Shown: positions 39,368 through 50,145 of the stretch, one piece after another
How the letters are laid out: every line of letters starts with the position of its first letter
How positions within the stretch are numbered: position 1 is the first letter of the stretch
Assembly (NCBI GenBank): GCA_965215015.1
Contig: OZ244042.1
Coordinates: 4,864,001 to 4,928,000, forward strand
Direction: 5' to 3'
From: Candidatus Poribacteria bacterium
GTDB taxonomy: Bacteria > Poribacteria > WGA-4E > PCPOR2b
Length of the DNA: 64,000 nt
Notes under the pieces: generated by a model
What the model saw: the letters and a program-made list of their open reading frames with translations, nothing else
The model's database searches: none
Told to the model about the DNA's origin: nothing
Translations under genes and position numbers: made by a program

Positions 39368-40393
39368 ATGAGGTGTAAAGCCCGAACCCCTTTCATTTTG
39401 CGATGTTTCAGAAACGCTGTTGAAAACAGTCCATACTGCTTAGAACATCAGAATTATCCTCCGATCGGTTGGCGGTATGGCTTACTGACGCTTTCGAGGA
39501 TTGCTACCGGGGTCGCTGGAGTTGCCATTTCGATTATCGGTTTCGCCTGCCTGAGAAACTGTCCGAGCAAAGATTTGAAGGAGAGCGAACAGCAGCTGAA
39601 TGGGCACCCACCATTTGATTACGCCGTGTTGTGTTTAGCGATTTACGAAGCGAAGGAGAAACTTCACATCTCCGCAGAGACGGGTGGAACCACGATTTTT
39701 ATGACGCCAGCAGGGAGTAGCGATGTCTATTTGTCTAAAATAACAGAGCAGGCTGACTGGAGGCAGCTCTCCGCTCCTTCGCGGCGGCATCAACTCCCAG
39801 AGGAGCTAAAGGACGCAACATTTGAGGATGCTAACACAGGTTTTCGGGCGATGTTATACCAGTCAAAGGGCGCGGAGGAAATTGTCGTTGTTTATCAGGG
39901 CGTAAGCAGAACCAATATTATCCGGGACAGCCAGACATGCCTTTCTCAGGGGTTAGGGTTTAGCACAGCAGCGTACCAACAAGCTATGCAACTCGCCAAA
40001 GCGGTGGTGGAAGGGTATGGGGATAAAGTTTTCTTCACAGGTCATTCCATGGGCGGCGGCCTGGCAGCTGCCGCGAGCATAGTAGCAAATCGACCGGCGG
40101 TAACTTTCAACAGCGCAGGGGTGCATCCCGCTACCCTTGAAGAATTTGGCTTAGATAACACAACCATTGACGGAAGACTGAAATCTATTGTGAACTACTA
40201 TGTGCCAGGTGAATGGCTATCTACCCTGCAACGTCCCTGCTTTGTCAAAAGTGCCGCCGGTATACATATTCCATTACCAGATGTCCGAGGTCAAGTGTCT
40301 GTAAATGCAGTACCCGCCAGAAACAAAGGGCGCGGCAAACACTCAATCACGCTGATTATTGCGACGTTGTACCATCTTGCTCAATCCTCGTAA
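39368..40393 (+). CDS. Lipase (class 3 / DUF2974-like alpha/beta hydrolase) with N-terminal Cys/His motif and TM
   Basis: TGFRAMLY, VVVYQG, TGHSMGGGLA, AVTFNSAG, terminal HS. Confidence 0.8.
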   Translation: MRCKARTPFILRCFRNAVENSPYCLEHQNYPPIGWRYGLLTLSRIATGVAGVAISIIGFACLRNCPSKDLKESEQQLNGHPPFDYAVLCLAIYEAKEKLHISAETGGTTIFMTPAGSSDVYLSKITEQADWRQLSAPSRRHQLPEELKDATFEDANTGFRAMLYQSKGAEEIVVVYQGVSRTNIIRDSQTCLSQGLGFSTAAYQQAMQLAKAVVEGYGDKVFFTGHSMGGGLAAAASIVANRPAVTFNSAGVHPATLEEFGLDNTTIDGRLKSIVNYYVPGEWLSTLQRPCFVKSAAGIHIPLPDVRGQVSVNAVPARNKGRGKHSITLIIATLYHLAQSS

Positions 40394-40440
40394 CCTGTGA
40401 AGCAATTGATTTGAATGGCTTATGTTAAGAAAGCGTGCAA

Positions 40441-40474
40441 CAGAAACCAAGCTTTTTAGAAAAACTCGGTTTCT
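40441..40474. repeat. agaaaccgag...ctcggtttct palindromic repeat
   Basis: agaaaccaagctttttagaaaaactcggtttct; relatives at 51790-51822, ~10211 and at the outer edges of the 1.1/2.1 kb inverted repeats. Confidence 0.7.
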
Positions 40475-40562
40475 CTTAGCGTTTTGCACTTGCTTTTTCG
40501 ATGGGCTCTGTAGGTCGGATTTACTAGCCGGACTGCACCAATGAACAAATGGTTTTCACGTT

Positions 40563-42011
40563 TCATTCCCCCGTATTTGCGATGGCGTCTAGATAATCCT
40601 TAACCCGCTGCCGATACCGCACAGGAATTCCATCCCTTTCTATTGCCTCCGCGTAAGCCTGTTTTGCGTTGAGATAGGCTTTACGGCGTTGCATATAAAT
40701 TGGCTCCTCTTCACCGTTTGGAGTCTCTTGGGTTGAGGCTGTGGAGAATTCCTGCGAATCCGATGTCCCCCCCCTCAATTGTAGTGCCTCCGTGGGTTGC
40801 GTTTCTGAACCCATCGCGCCAATCTGTGTCCCCTGCGCCTCTCCCGTTCCAGATTCCTCGCCCGGTCCTCCATCGCTGCCTGCCACCCCTCCCGTTTTAC
40901 GCGCCATTTCGATGCCCGCCAACCCGATATTTTTTCGACTTGCCTTAATCTCCTCCAAAATCCCTTCCATCTGTGCGATGTCTTTTGCCTGCTGGTCAAC
41001 CTCTAACAGTGAACGCGCAATTTTCGCTAGCATCTCAGGACTGACTCCCTCTGTTCCAATCTCGTTCAGTTGGCCCACAAGTTGCCTGGCAGCAGAATTG
41101 CCCTCAAGCCGTTCAGCGAGTTGTTTGAGTAGTGCCTCCAATTCTGCCCGCTGCGCCTCAGTCAATTCTTTCATCTGATCTGCTAGCTTTTGTAGTTCCG
41201 AAGCTATCTCCTCCGCATCTGACCCGCTAAGAAGGTTAGAGTTGTCGCCCAATGTAGAGATAGCTTCGATCGCCTGATCCACCTTATTTTCCACCAGTTG
41301 ATTCTTCTGCGCCTCAACATCCTCACGAAGCTTGCTGAGTTCCTTCTGAGCGGCTGGCACATCGGTACGCTTGTTTCGCAATGTCTTAACGGTCTCCTCA
41401 ACCAGTCTGGAAAGTTCAGTGCTGTCGAGACCGTTAACCGTCTGTTCAAGCCGTGCTGCAGCATCATGAATAGCCGCATGTTCTGAGGCCGTCGGGGGAG
41501 GGAGGATCTCATACATACGGGGGATGAAAAACGAAAGCCCAACGAGCAATATGGGGAGGGGAAGCCATTTGAGCGTAGGCGGGACCGCGTAGGAGACCAT
41601 AGCAGCGGGAAGAATCCCTTGGGACACCCTTGCAGCATCACGAATCTGCAAAATCGCGAAATCCTCTGTGCCTTTCCGACCCATTATTTCAAGGGCAGTG
41701 CCGAGGCGTTCCTTCAGATTGAGGCGTTGATCGACGAGGTATGCCACTGCAAACGCATCTGTTTTCCGTATTAGACTCAAACCCACTGCAATGGCACTCC
41801 CGACGACGATCGGCAGAAAAGCTGCAAATCCAATAGGTATCGGCAACGGAAAAAAACGGTTGGACACAAGCAACAACCCAGCAATGAGAATCCCCCAAAG
41901 GTTAAATATAGCCAGATTCTGGAAGACACCCTCAATCCGTAGTCGGCGTTGGATAGCGGATAGCTTCTTCTGGATAAGCTGTTCGGATTGGTTTTGTATT
42001 CCGTTTTGCAT
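40563..42011 (-). CDS. Membrane-anchored coiled-coil protein of the type often linked to MoxR/VWA loci
   Basis: N-terminal TMs, DQRLNLKERLGTALE, long coiled coil, Gly-rich linker, IPVRYRQRVKDYL C-terminus. Confidence 0.75.
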   Translation of the reverse strand: MQNGIQNQSEQLIQKKLSAIQRRLRIEGVFQNLAIFNLWGILIAGLLLVSNRFFPLPIPIGFAAFLPIVVGSAIAVGLSLIRKTDAFAVAYLVDQRLNLKERLGTALEIMGRKGTEDFAILQIRDAARVSQGILPAAMVSYAVPPTLKWLPLPILLVGLSFFIPRMYEILPPPTASEHAAIHDAAARLEQTVNGLDSTELSRLVEETVKTLRNKRTDVPAAQKELSKLREDVEAQKNQLVENKVDQAIEAISTLGDNSNLLSGSDAEEIASELQKLADQMKELTEAQRAELEALLKQLAERLEGNSAARQLVGQLNEIGTEGVSPEMLAKIARSLLEVDQQAKDIAQMEGILEEIKASRKNIGLAGIEMARKTGGVAGSDGGPGEESGTGEAQGTQIGAMGSETQPTEALQLRGGTSDSQEFSTASTQETPNGEEEPIYMQRRKAYLNAKQAYAEAIERDGIPVRYRQRVKDYLDAIANTGE

Positions 42012-42187
42012 ATTTTATTAGACGAACTAGTCAGCAAAATCGTTCATAAAGAGCTTAGAAATTTTCTAACAACAATTACATGAAAACCAATCGTCTCGGA
42101 TAAACCTATGGAGTAGACACAGCGTCGCAAAAAAACGATAGCTTCGCACCGATTTGTAAAAATATCTTAGCAAAGGATGTATTCAAC

Positions 42188-44152
42188 GTGCAAACCAATC
42201 AACAAATCGAAAACCGCGCCAATCACCTATCACATCTCACGTATCACGTCATATTTTTCATTGCAATGCTAGTCGCTGGAACTATTGGGTGCTCAACGGA
42301 TCAAACTCCCAAGCCCGGTCGCTGGGAAATTGTTCGGCGTGCAGATTGGGAAGCACGATTCTACGATGTGTTCTTCATTGACGAGCAGACTGGATGGACG
42401 GTCGGCAATAATGCAGGAAGCACATTCGCGGAAGAGTTGGATAGCGTGATTGCTCACACAACGGATGGCGGAGTCACATGGCAGCCGCAGCAGAGCGGCG
42501 TTTACCAACCGTTGCGAGCTGTGCGATTTGTGGACAGCCAACTTGGGTGGGTCGTCGGCGAAAATGGTGTCATCCTGCACACAAAAAATGGAGGGGAGAG
42601 GTGGGACCAACAATCAGGGAATACACATAATAACCTATTCGATCTTCACTTTGTCTCAGCACAAGAAGGTTGGATCGCCGGTGATTTTGGGACCGTTTTG
42701 CACACACAGGATGGCGGAGAGACTTGGGTGAATCGATCGGCGGGGATTGGCGATAATTCACTGCGGGGTATATTTTTCCTTAATGCCCGCCAAGGCTGGA
42801 CTGTTAGCCACCAAGGCAATGCCTATTATACACGCGATGGGGGGAAACGCTGGACTTACCAGAAAACGAATGTCCGCTACGAGTTGTCTGATGTCCACTT
42901 TGTGGATGAAAATCGTGGTTGGATCGTCGGGGACAAGCGCGCAGTGCTTACCACACAGGATGGCGGTAGGAGCTGGGAGTATTTAACACGCGGCTCAAAT
43001 AAACGCCATGAAGAACACTACGGTCAGCAGATAAGAACCGGGGATGAACCGCTACACACCTTCCTCCTGTATGCACTCCATTTTACCGATGCTCAGAACG
43101 GCTGGATCGTTGGCGACTTAGGTGCCATTTTGCACACGAACGATGGTGGAAAGACATGGAAGCATCAACGGGGTGGGGCAACACGATTGGTTGGGGCAGA
43201 TGTTGTTTTACTGGGTGTCTATTTTGTCAATCCTCAGCTCGGTTGGGTTGTCGGTGAGTTTGGGACGATTTGGCACACTAAGAACGGTGGGAGAACGTGG
43301 GAACTTCAATCCGCTCCCAGCTATCTGCTCACAGACCTCCATTTTATCAGCGATAAGGTTGGATTTGCAGTGGGTGACCGCGGGGAAATCCTTCGCACAG
43401 ACGACGGCGGGTTACACTGGCAGTCACAAGATAGCGGAACGATGGAGTGTTTTGGGGCAACGCATCTTATCAACGATAAGGTTGGTTGGAGCGTTGCAGA
43501 ATGGGGAACAATTGTCCACACCACCGATGGTGGCAAAACGTGGTCACAGCAAAAGACGGATACGGAGAATGACCTTCTCGGTACCTCCTTCGTTGACTCA
43601 CAGCATGGGTGGGTGATTGGTCACAGTGGAGAGATTTTGCACACCGCGGATGGCGGAAAAACGTGGCAGAAGCAGCGCAGCGGTGTCAACCGTCATCTCT
43701 TTGGGGTCTACTTCATTGACCCTCAAACCGGGTGGGTTGTGGGGCAAGGTGGTGTAATTCTCCACACCCGGAACGGCGGTCAAAAATGGGATTTGCAAGC
43801 CCAGCTCGGAGAAGTCTGGCTATCGGGGGTTTACTTTACGGACCATCTAAACGGCTGGGTTGTTGGGATTGATGGGTTGGTTATCCACACAACCGATGGC
43901 GGACGCACGTGGAAACGTCAAAAGAGCTACGTGGAAAGTTTCCTGAATAGTGTATTCTTCCTCAATGCGAACCTCGGCTGGGCAATCGGTGGTGAAGGCA
44001 TAGTTATCCGTACCCTTGATGGTGGTGAGAACTGGCGTCCCCAAAGATGCGAAAGCCACTATAACCTGAACTCGATTTATATGGTGGATGCTGAAACTGG
44101 CTGGATCGTCGGTGATCTTGGAGTGATGTTGAAGTATGTGGTTGATGATTAG
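42188..44152 (+). CDS. YCF48-like / BNR (Asp-box) beta-propeller lipoprotein
   Basis: About 14 repeats of F.D...GW.VG..G.I.HT.DGG.TW; lipobox-like TIGC. Confidence 0.9.
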   Translation: MQTNQQIENRANHLSHLTYHVIFFIAMLVAGTIGCSTDQTPKPGRWEIVRRADWEARFYDVFFIDEQTGWTVGNNAGSTFAEELDSVIAHTTDGGVTWQPQQSGVYQPLRAVRFVDSQLGWVVGENGVILHTKNGGERWDQQSGNTHNNLFDLHFVSAQEGWIAGDFGTVLHTQDGGETWVNRSAGIGDNSLRGIFFLNARQGWTVSHQGNAYYTRDGGKRWTYQKTNVRYELSDVHFVDENRGWIVGDKRAVLTTQDGGRSWEYLTRGSNKRHEEHYGQQIRTGDEPLHTFLLYALHFTDAQNGWIVGDLGAILHTNDGGKTWKHQRGGATRLVGADVVLLGVYFVNPQLGWVVGEFGTIWHTKNGGRTWELQSAPSYLLTDLHFISDKVGFAVGDRGEILRTDDGGLHWQSQDSGTMECFGATHLINDKVGWSVAEWGTIVHTTDGGKTWSQQKTDTENDLLGTSFVDSQHGWVIGHSGEILHTADGGKTWQKQRSGVNRHLFGVYFIDPQTGWVVGQGGVILHTRNGGQKWDLQAQLGEVWLSGVYFTDHLNGWVVGIDGLVIHTTDGGRTWKRQKSYVESFLNSVFFLNANLGWAIGGEGIVIRTLDGGENWRPQRCESHYNLNSIYMVDAETGWIVGDLGVMLKYVVDD

Positions 44153-44229
44153 ACAATGGGAAATCTATCTTAATCTAAGTGGCTAGCCATTGAAAAACCA
44201 TCGGTTTTCTGTTAAGGGCGAAGTGCCTT

Positions 44230-44600
44230 GCCTTTCACTCCGGGGGAGCGATATTTCTATAGAACGGCGATAAGGTCAATCCCTGTGGTCCAAAGGAGCG
44301 CAATGTGTATGGCAGGGCGAATCACTCACCAATCTGGCTAAGCCTAACGAGTTGTAGGGAACAACAATCGCTGTTCCCTAGTATCCCTTATGGAGTCTCT
44401 GCTGTAGTAGCCCGATTCATTGGGCGTTGGGAACGGTATCCTGCGGCGATAAATCGCCGAACGACAAGGCTTCAGACGTTCAACTGCGTCAGTCCTAAAA
44501 AAATTGTACTGCATTTGTTAGAATTTCAACCTGTTTTTGTATATTAACGGGGTTTGGCTGACAAGCCCCCAACCTAAAGAATAGGGCCTTGTCAGCATTT
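44230..44600. repeat. Cluster of REP-like palindromes
   Basis: ctccgggggagcgatatttctatag, gtagggaacaacaatcgctgttcccta, gtagcccgattcattgggcg, cggcgataaatcgccg, gctgacaagccc...gggccttgtcagc. Confidence 0.7.
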
Positions 44601-44652
44601 TTTGATAAAACGCCAAACTCCCACCTATCACGTTTCACGCCCTAACAGCCTA

Positions 44653-45435
44653 CTAAACGACTGCCGACAATCCTCCATCGATATTAATCGCAGTCCCCGT
44701 TATATACGAAGCCCGATCCGAAACAAGGAAGGAGACGAGATCTCCAACCTCGGTGGGTTCACCCAAGCGACCGAGCGGATGCTCCGCGCCTCTCGCTTCC
44801 CAATACTCCTCAAGCGTGCCGGGTGAACCATCAGCCTCCCAAGACCGTTCACCCTGTGCGCTCTTAATCGAGGTCAAGCAGACAGTGTTGACAAGAATCT
44901 TGTCGGCGAGCAACTCTTTGGAAAGTGCTTTTGTCATCGCGATACCTGCCGCTCGACTGACGGAGGTTGGGACAGAACCTGCACCCGGCTGTTTGCCGCC
45001 GGGGTGGGTGATATTGATGATGCGCCCCCCACCTGTTGGCCTCATGTGAGGAATAGCCAACCGTGCACATCGCACCGCTCCCATCAGCTTGAGATCGAGA
45101 TCCTCGTACCACTCCGCATCGGTCACCTGTTCAAAATTTCCACCCGCTGACCGACCTGCGTTATTGACCAGAATGTCAATTTTTCCGAACTTATCAACCG
45201 TTTGGTTGATGAGGTTTTCGAGTGTTCCGGGGATCGTCACGTCAGCGGTGACAGCGAGCACCTCACCACCTGTCGCATCACGAATCTCCTGCGCTGCCTG
45301 TTCTAGGACATCCTCACGGCGAGCGCAAATCGCCACCTTTGCGCCCTCTTCGCAGAGGCGTTGGGCGATTCCTTTGCCAATACCTTCACTGCCGCCTGTG
45401 ATGACAGCAACCTTTCCTGCTAATCCCAAATCCAT
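44653..45435 (-). CDS. Short-chain dehydrogenase/reductase
   Basis: TGGSEGIG, LVNNAG, PLGRLG, YITGTAINIDGG. Confidence 0.93.
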   Translation of the reverse strand: MDLGLAGKVAVITGGSEGIGKGIAQRLCEEGAKVAICARREDVLEQAAQEIRDATGGEVLAVTADVTIPGTLENLINQTVDKFGKIDILVNNAGRSAGGNFEQVTDAEWYEDLDLKLMGAVRCARLAIPHMRPTGGGRIINITHPGGKQPGAGSVPTSVSRAAGIAMTKALSKELLADKILVNTVCLTSIKSAQGERSWEADGSPGTLEEYWEARGAEHPLGRLGEPTEVGDLVSFLVSDRASYITGTAINIDGGLSAVV

Positions 45436-45535
45436 GATAAACCTCCTATGATTGAGTTAGGGGTTCGCTGGGTAAATCGTCTGATTTATGTACACTCACC
45501 CCGATGGATGTTAATTGTGATTTTTCTCGTAAATG

Positions 45536-48004
45536 TTAGTTAGCCCAAAGCGGAATTGTTGCCGTTGACGGCGGCAAGCACCGATGTGCATCACACGCCT
45601 GATAGCGAACATCTATGTTCAACGGAAACGCTTTTTCGATTGTTTCACCCGGCTTCAACTTCAATTTCATCTTGACCGTGACGTCTCCTTCATAGACAGA
45701 AATCGGAGTCTCCATCCAATCTGCGTGGAACGGCGTCCCCTTGGGGTATGTGACCGACAAGATTTCGACCGAAGCATCAGGACCGATGGACACAGTTGTA
45801 GGGATCAGCAGATCCCACGAAGAGGGATTAGCGTTGATATGCCACCCTTCAGCGAGTTCAATCTGTATCTCCACATCAAAGACGTTTCCGGGGAAGATAT
45901 CCTCCTTCGAGGGTATGGAAGCTACAAGCCTCAACAGTTCGTCCTCTGAGGGTAAAGCCCGTGGGGCTTTCGGCAGTCCGAAGAGGTTTATTTCACTCAT
46001 TCCCTCTGTGTCCAAACCAAACTGAGATGAACCTCCCCGGTGCCCTGCCCCGACTTTGGTCCAATCCGTCGAAAGGTAGCGATTGGTAGCGAAAAGCATG
46101 TGCATAAGGGCACGGGGAGACTGTTCCATCATGCCCGCGAAACCCTGAAGCGTTTTTTCCGCCTTATCCAGATAATCCTTTTCGCCAACGAGCAGTACGA
46201 GGGTGAGCAGGTTATTGACTGCTACGGCATTCCCCGACGGGAGAGAGGAGTCGTAAGGGTTCTTGGTGCGTACAACCAGATGTTTTTGATTGGCAAGGGT
46301 AAAGTAGAAACCTCCATTTTTATCGTCCCAAAACAGCTGGTTCATCGTATCGGTCAGAAGCCGCGCCTCATTCAACCAAGTATCTTCGCCCGTTGCCCGA
46401 TGCAGCCCTAGCAAACCACGGACAAGGAAGGCATAATCATCGAGGTAGCCGTTATATTTAGCGATGCCATCCCTGTAGGTCCGCATCAGCTGTCCATTGG
46501 ATGCCCGAAGGTATTTCAGGTTAAACCGTGCAGCTTTCTCCGCCACCTCACGGTACTGTTTTTCGCCGAGCACTTCGTAGCCGTAGGCAAACGCATCAAT
46601 CATTAAGCCGTTCCAGCTTGTAATTATTTTCGTATCAAGCAGGGGTTGTTTCCGTTTCTCTCGTGCCACGAGTAGTTTTGTCTTGAGCGGTTTGAGTTCG
46701 CTGTGGAGGTCGGCCTCCGACTTCTTGAGCGATTTTGCGACACTTGAAACGGGAGCAGGAAGGTAGAGAATGTTGGTTCCACCTTCAAAGTTGGGCCCCT
46801 TGTCCACACCGTAAACCCGCATGAAGAGCTTGGCATCCCGTTTCTCAAGAATCTTCTGAATCTGTTCTCTTGTCCAAACGTAGGATTTGCCCTCCTCCGC
46901 ATCTACTTCTGCATCAAGTGCGGAGTAGAAGCCCCCCTCCGTAGAGGTCATCTCGCGAGAAACAAACGTAAAAATTTCCTCAGCGACCCGTCGGTAGCGC
47001 GGATTTTTCGTGAGTTGATAGGTGTGCAAGTAGACTTTCGCGAGTTGAGCGTTGTCATAGAGCATCTTCTCAAAATGGGGTACGAGCCACTGAGCATCAA
47101 CCGAGTAACGGTGAAAACCACCGCCAATCTGATCATACATCCCACCATAGGCCATCTTGTCAAGGGTGTTGGTGACCATTTCAAGCGTCGATTTGGAAGA
47201 ATCTCGTTGATACTCACTCAACAACAGCTCCAGATTTGTAGGGCTAGGAAACTTCGGCGCGCCACCGAAGCCGCCGTAGGTCGCGTCGTATCTCGATTGG
47301 AGTGCTTGCACCGCCGTCGAGATTAGCTTCCGATCCAGCGACGTTTCGCCGATGGAAGCTGGAGCGGCAGCCGTTGCCTGTGTGATAACTTCCGTTATCT
47401 TTTCTGACTGTGCAATGACCTCCGCCTGTTGGTTCATCCACACCTCATGAAGTGCCTTTAGCACTCTTGGAAAGCCGGGGCGCCCCCGACTATCCTCCGG
47501 TGGGAAATAGGTACCTCCGAAAAAAGGGAGAAGCTCCGGCGTTAAAAAAACAGAGTTGGGCCAACCACCCGATCCTGTCATGATTTGGGTGGCAGTCATG
47601 TAAATCTCATCTAAATCTGGGCGTTCTTCCCGATCCACTTTGATGTTAATAAACGACGTATTCATCAGATTGGCTATCTCTGGATTTGAGAATACCTTCC
47701 GCTCCATGACATGACACCAGTAGCAGGTGGAATAACCGATAGAAAGGAAAATCGGTTTGTTCTCAACCTTCGCCCGTTCCAATGCCTCAGGCCCCCACGG
47801 ATACCAATCAACAGGATTATGGGCGTGCAAAAGCAGATAAGGGCTCGTTTCGCGGATGAGGGCATTCGTCCACCTCCATGTCCCATCGGGGTTCTTGAGC
47901 CCTGCTTCGTGCGAGTGTGAATCCTCAGCGGCATGGGCAACGACACCAAAATTGCTCGCAACAACGCAGAAACACGCAAGTGAGAAAATTAAGTTCAATC
48001 GCAT
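45536..48004 (-). CDS. DUF255 / YyaL-like thioredoxin-domain protein with C-terminal DsbD-N-like domain
   Basis: [51 protein letters not shown]; C-terminal [19 protein letters not shown]; signal peptide. Confidence 0.9.
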   Translation of the reverse strand: MRLNLIFSLACFCVVASNFGVVAHAAEDSHSHEAGLKNPDGTWRWTNALIRETSPYLLLHAHNPVDWYPWGPEALERAKVENKPIFLSIGYSTCYWCHVMERKVFSNPEIANLMNTSFINIKVDREERPDLDEIYMTATQIMTGSGGWPNSVFLTPELLPFFGGTYFPPEDSRGRPGFPRVLKALHEVWMNQQAEVIAQSEKITEVITQATAAAPASIGETSLDRKLISTAVQALQSRYDATYGGFGGAPKFPSPTNLELLLSEYQRDSSKSTLEMVTNTLDKMAYGGMYDQIGGGFHRYSVDAQWLVPHFEKMLYDNAQLAKVYLHTYQLTKNPRYRRVAEEIFTFVSREMTSTEGGFYSALDAEVDAEEGKSYVWTREQIQKILEKRDAKLFMRVYGVDKGPNFEGGTNILYLPAPVSSVAKSLKKSEADLHSELKPLKTKLLVAREKRKQPLLDTKIITSWNGLMIDAFAYGYEVLGEKQYREVAEKAARFNLKYLRASNGQLMRTYRDGIAKYNGYLDDYAFLVRGLLGLHRATGEDTWLNEARLLTDTMNQLFWDDKNGGFYFTLANQKHLVVRTKNPYDSSLPSGNAVAVNNLLTLVLLVGEKDYLDKAEKTLQGFAGMMEQSPRALMHMLFATNRYLSTDWTKVGAGHRGGSSQFGLDTEGMSEINLFGLPKAPRALPSEDELLRLVASIPSKEDIFPGNVFDVEIQIELAEGWHINANPSSWDLLIPTTVSIGPDASVEILSVTYPKGTPFHADWMETPISVYEGDVTVKMKLKLKPGETIEKAFPLNIDVRYQACDAHRCLPPSTATIPLWAN

Positions 48005-48098
48005 ACCAACCTTCCCTTATGTTGGCTAGTAGTAGGCATACTCCGTATGCCGTATGGGGAAAATGGGGAAGTTTTTTTATTTTGTTTCTATTGAAGCC

Positions 48099-49238
48099 TC
48101 AGAGATCGAGGATGGAACCATCGACATCGAAGGCGTCCCATTTCCCGCGTGATGGATTTCCAGAAAGCGAGCGGATATAATCTTCGTTCAGTGAAACACC
48201 CCATCCCGGTCCCTGCGGCACTTTCAGATGTCCATCAACCGGCTTCTCTTCAAATCCAACTATGAGGTTCTTCCGCTCTGGATTGTTCCCGTTGGGAACT
48301 TCTTGGATAAGGAAGTTCGGCACGACGGTATCTAAGTGTAGACAAATCACCGTTGATAAAGGACTCAGCGGATTGTGAGGCGCGATTGTGGCGAAAAAGG
48401 CGTCCGCCATCGCTGCAATTTTGAACGCTTCCATGATGCCGCCACAGGTACAGATGTCCGGCTGGACAACATCCACTGCGCCCTTGACGAGATACTCTCG
48501 GAAGGGATAGCGCGTATAGAGTCGCTCGCCGGTAGCGATTGGAACGCCCGCATTCCGACGCAGGGTTGCCATCGCATCAACTGATTCAGGAAGCACCGCC
48601 TCCTCGAAAAAGAGGATGCCGTAAGGTTCTATCCGTTTCGCCATTTCCATTGCATTGACAGGGTTCAGGCGACCGTGGCCATCGATGGCAATCGGGACCG
48701 CGTCGCCTACCGCTTCACGCACCGCTTTGACTATTGCTTCAACTTTTTTACCGTGGGCGAGATTAAAGGCGGGGCCCGTCGGATCAAATGGTGTGAACTT
48801 CAATCCACCCCAACCATCTTCAATGCGTTGGGCAGCCGCTCCCGCCCAGGATTCTGGCGTACTTCCGCCAATCCAGCAGTAGACCTTTACCCGATGCCGA
48901 TACATTCCGCCTATCAATTCGTACACCGGGACGTTTAGGGCTTTGCCTTTGATGTCCCAGAGCGCGTGCTCAATGCCAGATAGTGCACCGATCAGCACCG
49001 GACCGCCCCGCCAAAAAGCGTTGCGATAAATCATCTGCCAGATTTTCTCGACTTGAAATGGGTCTTCGCCTATCAGTACATTTTCAATATCTCGCAATGC
49101 ACCCACCAAGGCACCCTCTTTCCCTGAACAGGACGCTTCACCAATGCCGACGATACCTTCATCGGTATGCAGTTTGACGTAGATATACGCCCGCCCTTGA
49201 AACGGCGCGGGCAGAATTTCGAGTTGCGTAATTTTCAT
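48099..49238 (-). CDS. Mandelate racemase/enolase superfamily dehydratase (galactonate dehydratase-like)
   Basis: FWRGGPV, ALWDIKGKAL, IDGHGR, FFEE, IATGERL, QPD, APHNP. Confidence 0.9.
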   Translation of the reverse strand: MKITQLEILPAPFQGRAYIYVKLHTDEGIVGIGEASCSGKEGALVGALRDIENVLIGEDPFQVEKIWQMIYRNAFWRGGPVLIGALSGIEHALWDIKGKALNVPVYELIGGMYRHRVKVYCWIGGSTPESWAGAAAQRIEDGWGGLKFTPFDPTGPAFNLAHGKKVEAIVKAVREAVGDAVPIAIDGHGRLNPVNAMEMAKRIEPYGILFFEEAVLPESVDAMATLRRNAGVPIATGERLYTRYPFREYLVKGAVDVVQPDICTCGGIMEAFKIAAMADAFFATIAPHNPLSPLSTVICLHLDTVVPNFLIQEVPNGNNPERKNLIVGFEEKPVDGHLKVPQGPGWGVSLNEDYIRSLSGNPSRGKWDAFDVDGSILDL

Positions 49239-49436
49239 ATCGTTTCAATCCTTTGGAGGCACCATCTTAAAAATTAAATTAACTCAAGTTGCCCTCTAAA
49301 GCCCCAACAGGGCGACATGTGTATAGAATTTTACTTTGACAACTTTGTCAAAACTTCAGTATGATAAGGTGTCCCTACTGCAATGGGACGATTCAAATCT
49401 GATTTAGATTAACATAAAGACAGGCGGAGGTCTCAA

Positions 49437-50141
49437 GTGGTATCAAAGCATCCAGAATATGCGATCAGTTCTCAAATTCTAAGTGAGTATTTGGGGGCAC
49501 TGTTCCTCGTCATGGCAGCGATTTCGCCGATTATTCTTTTCCATCAAGTACTAGAAGTCGGAATCGGCCTAGCGGTTCTGGCTGATGCCCTTGCCGTTGG
49601 GTTTATTCTTTTTGCCCTCATTGAAACATTTGCTCCCATCAGCGGTGCCCATTTCAATCCCGCGGTAAGCCTTGCAATGGTACTTGGGGGTAAAATAGAT
49701 TGGAAACAGGCGTCAATCTATATTTTAACACAGGTCGCCGGTGGATTGACCGGAACCGTCTTTTCGCATCTGATGTTCTATCATAAAATTCCCAAACTGA
49801 TTGCTGTTTCTGAAGTGACGCGGGCAGGAGGGAACTATTTTGCCGAGGTTCTAGGCACCTTTATCCTTGTTCTGGTAATCTTCCTTTTGGTGCACAACCA
49901 ATCAGATAAACTCTCCTTGGTAGTTGGTATGTTGGTTGGGGGACAGTTGATTGCAACATCAAGCACCATGTTCGCCAACCCGCAAGTTACCATTGCACGG
50001 ATGTTCACCTACGCCGCCGCGGGTGTAAAACCCTTCGATGGGGCGGTGTTTATCCTAATGCAGATTATCGGTGCGGTGCTCGCTGCGCTGGTCTTCAGAG
50101 CGGTGAAGAGGAAGGAGAGACCAAAGACACCGGTAGATTAA
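49437..50141 (+). CDS. Aquaporin (MIP family)
   Basis: ISGAHFNPAVS; second motif FANPQVTIAR; 6 TM helices. Confidence 0.9.
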   Translation: MVSKHPEYAISSQILSEYLGALFLVMAAISPIILFHQVLEVGIGLAVLADALAVGFILFALIETFAPISGAHFNPAVSLAMVLGGKIDWKQASIYILTQVAGGLTGTVFSHLMFYHKIPKLIAVSEVTRAGGNYFAEVLGTFILVLVIFLLVHNQSDKLSLVVGMLVGGQLIATSSTMFANPQVTIARMFTYAAAGVKPFDGAVFILMQIIGAVLAALVFRAVKRKERPKTPVD

Positions 50142-50145
50142 TAGA

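Noticed and set aside
40388-40432. attC-like site after the lipase (TAAC...GTTA)
   Set aside because: Only ~40 bp, imperfect core sites and no integron integrase nearby.
42188-44152. Periodic DNA repeats
   Set aside because: Explained by the protein-level BNR/YCF48 propeller repeats.
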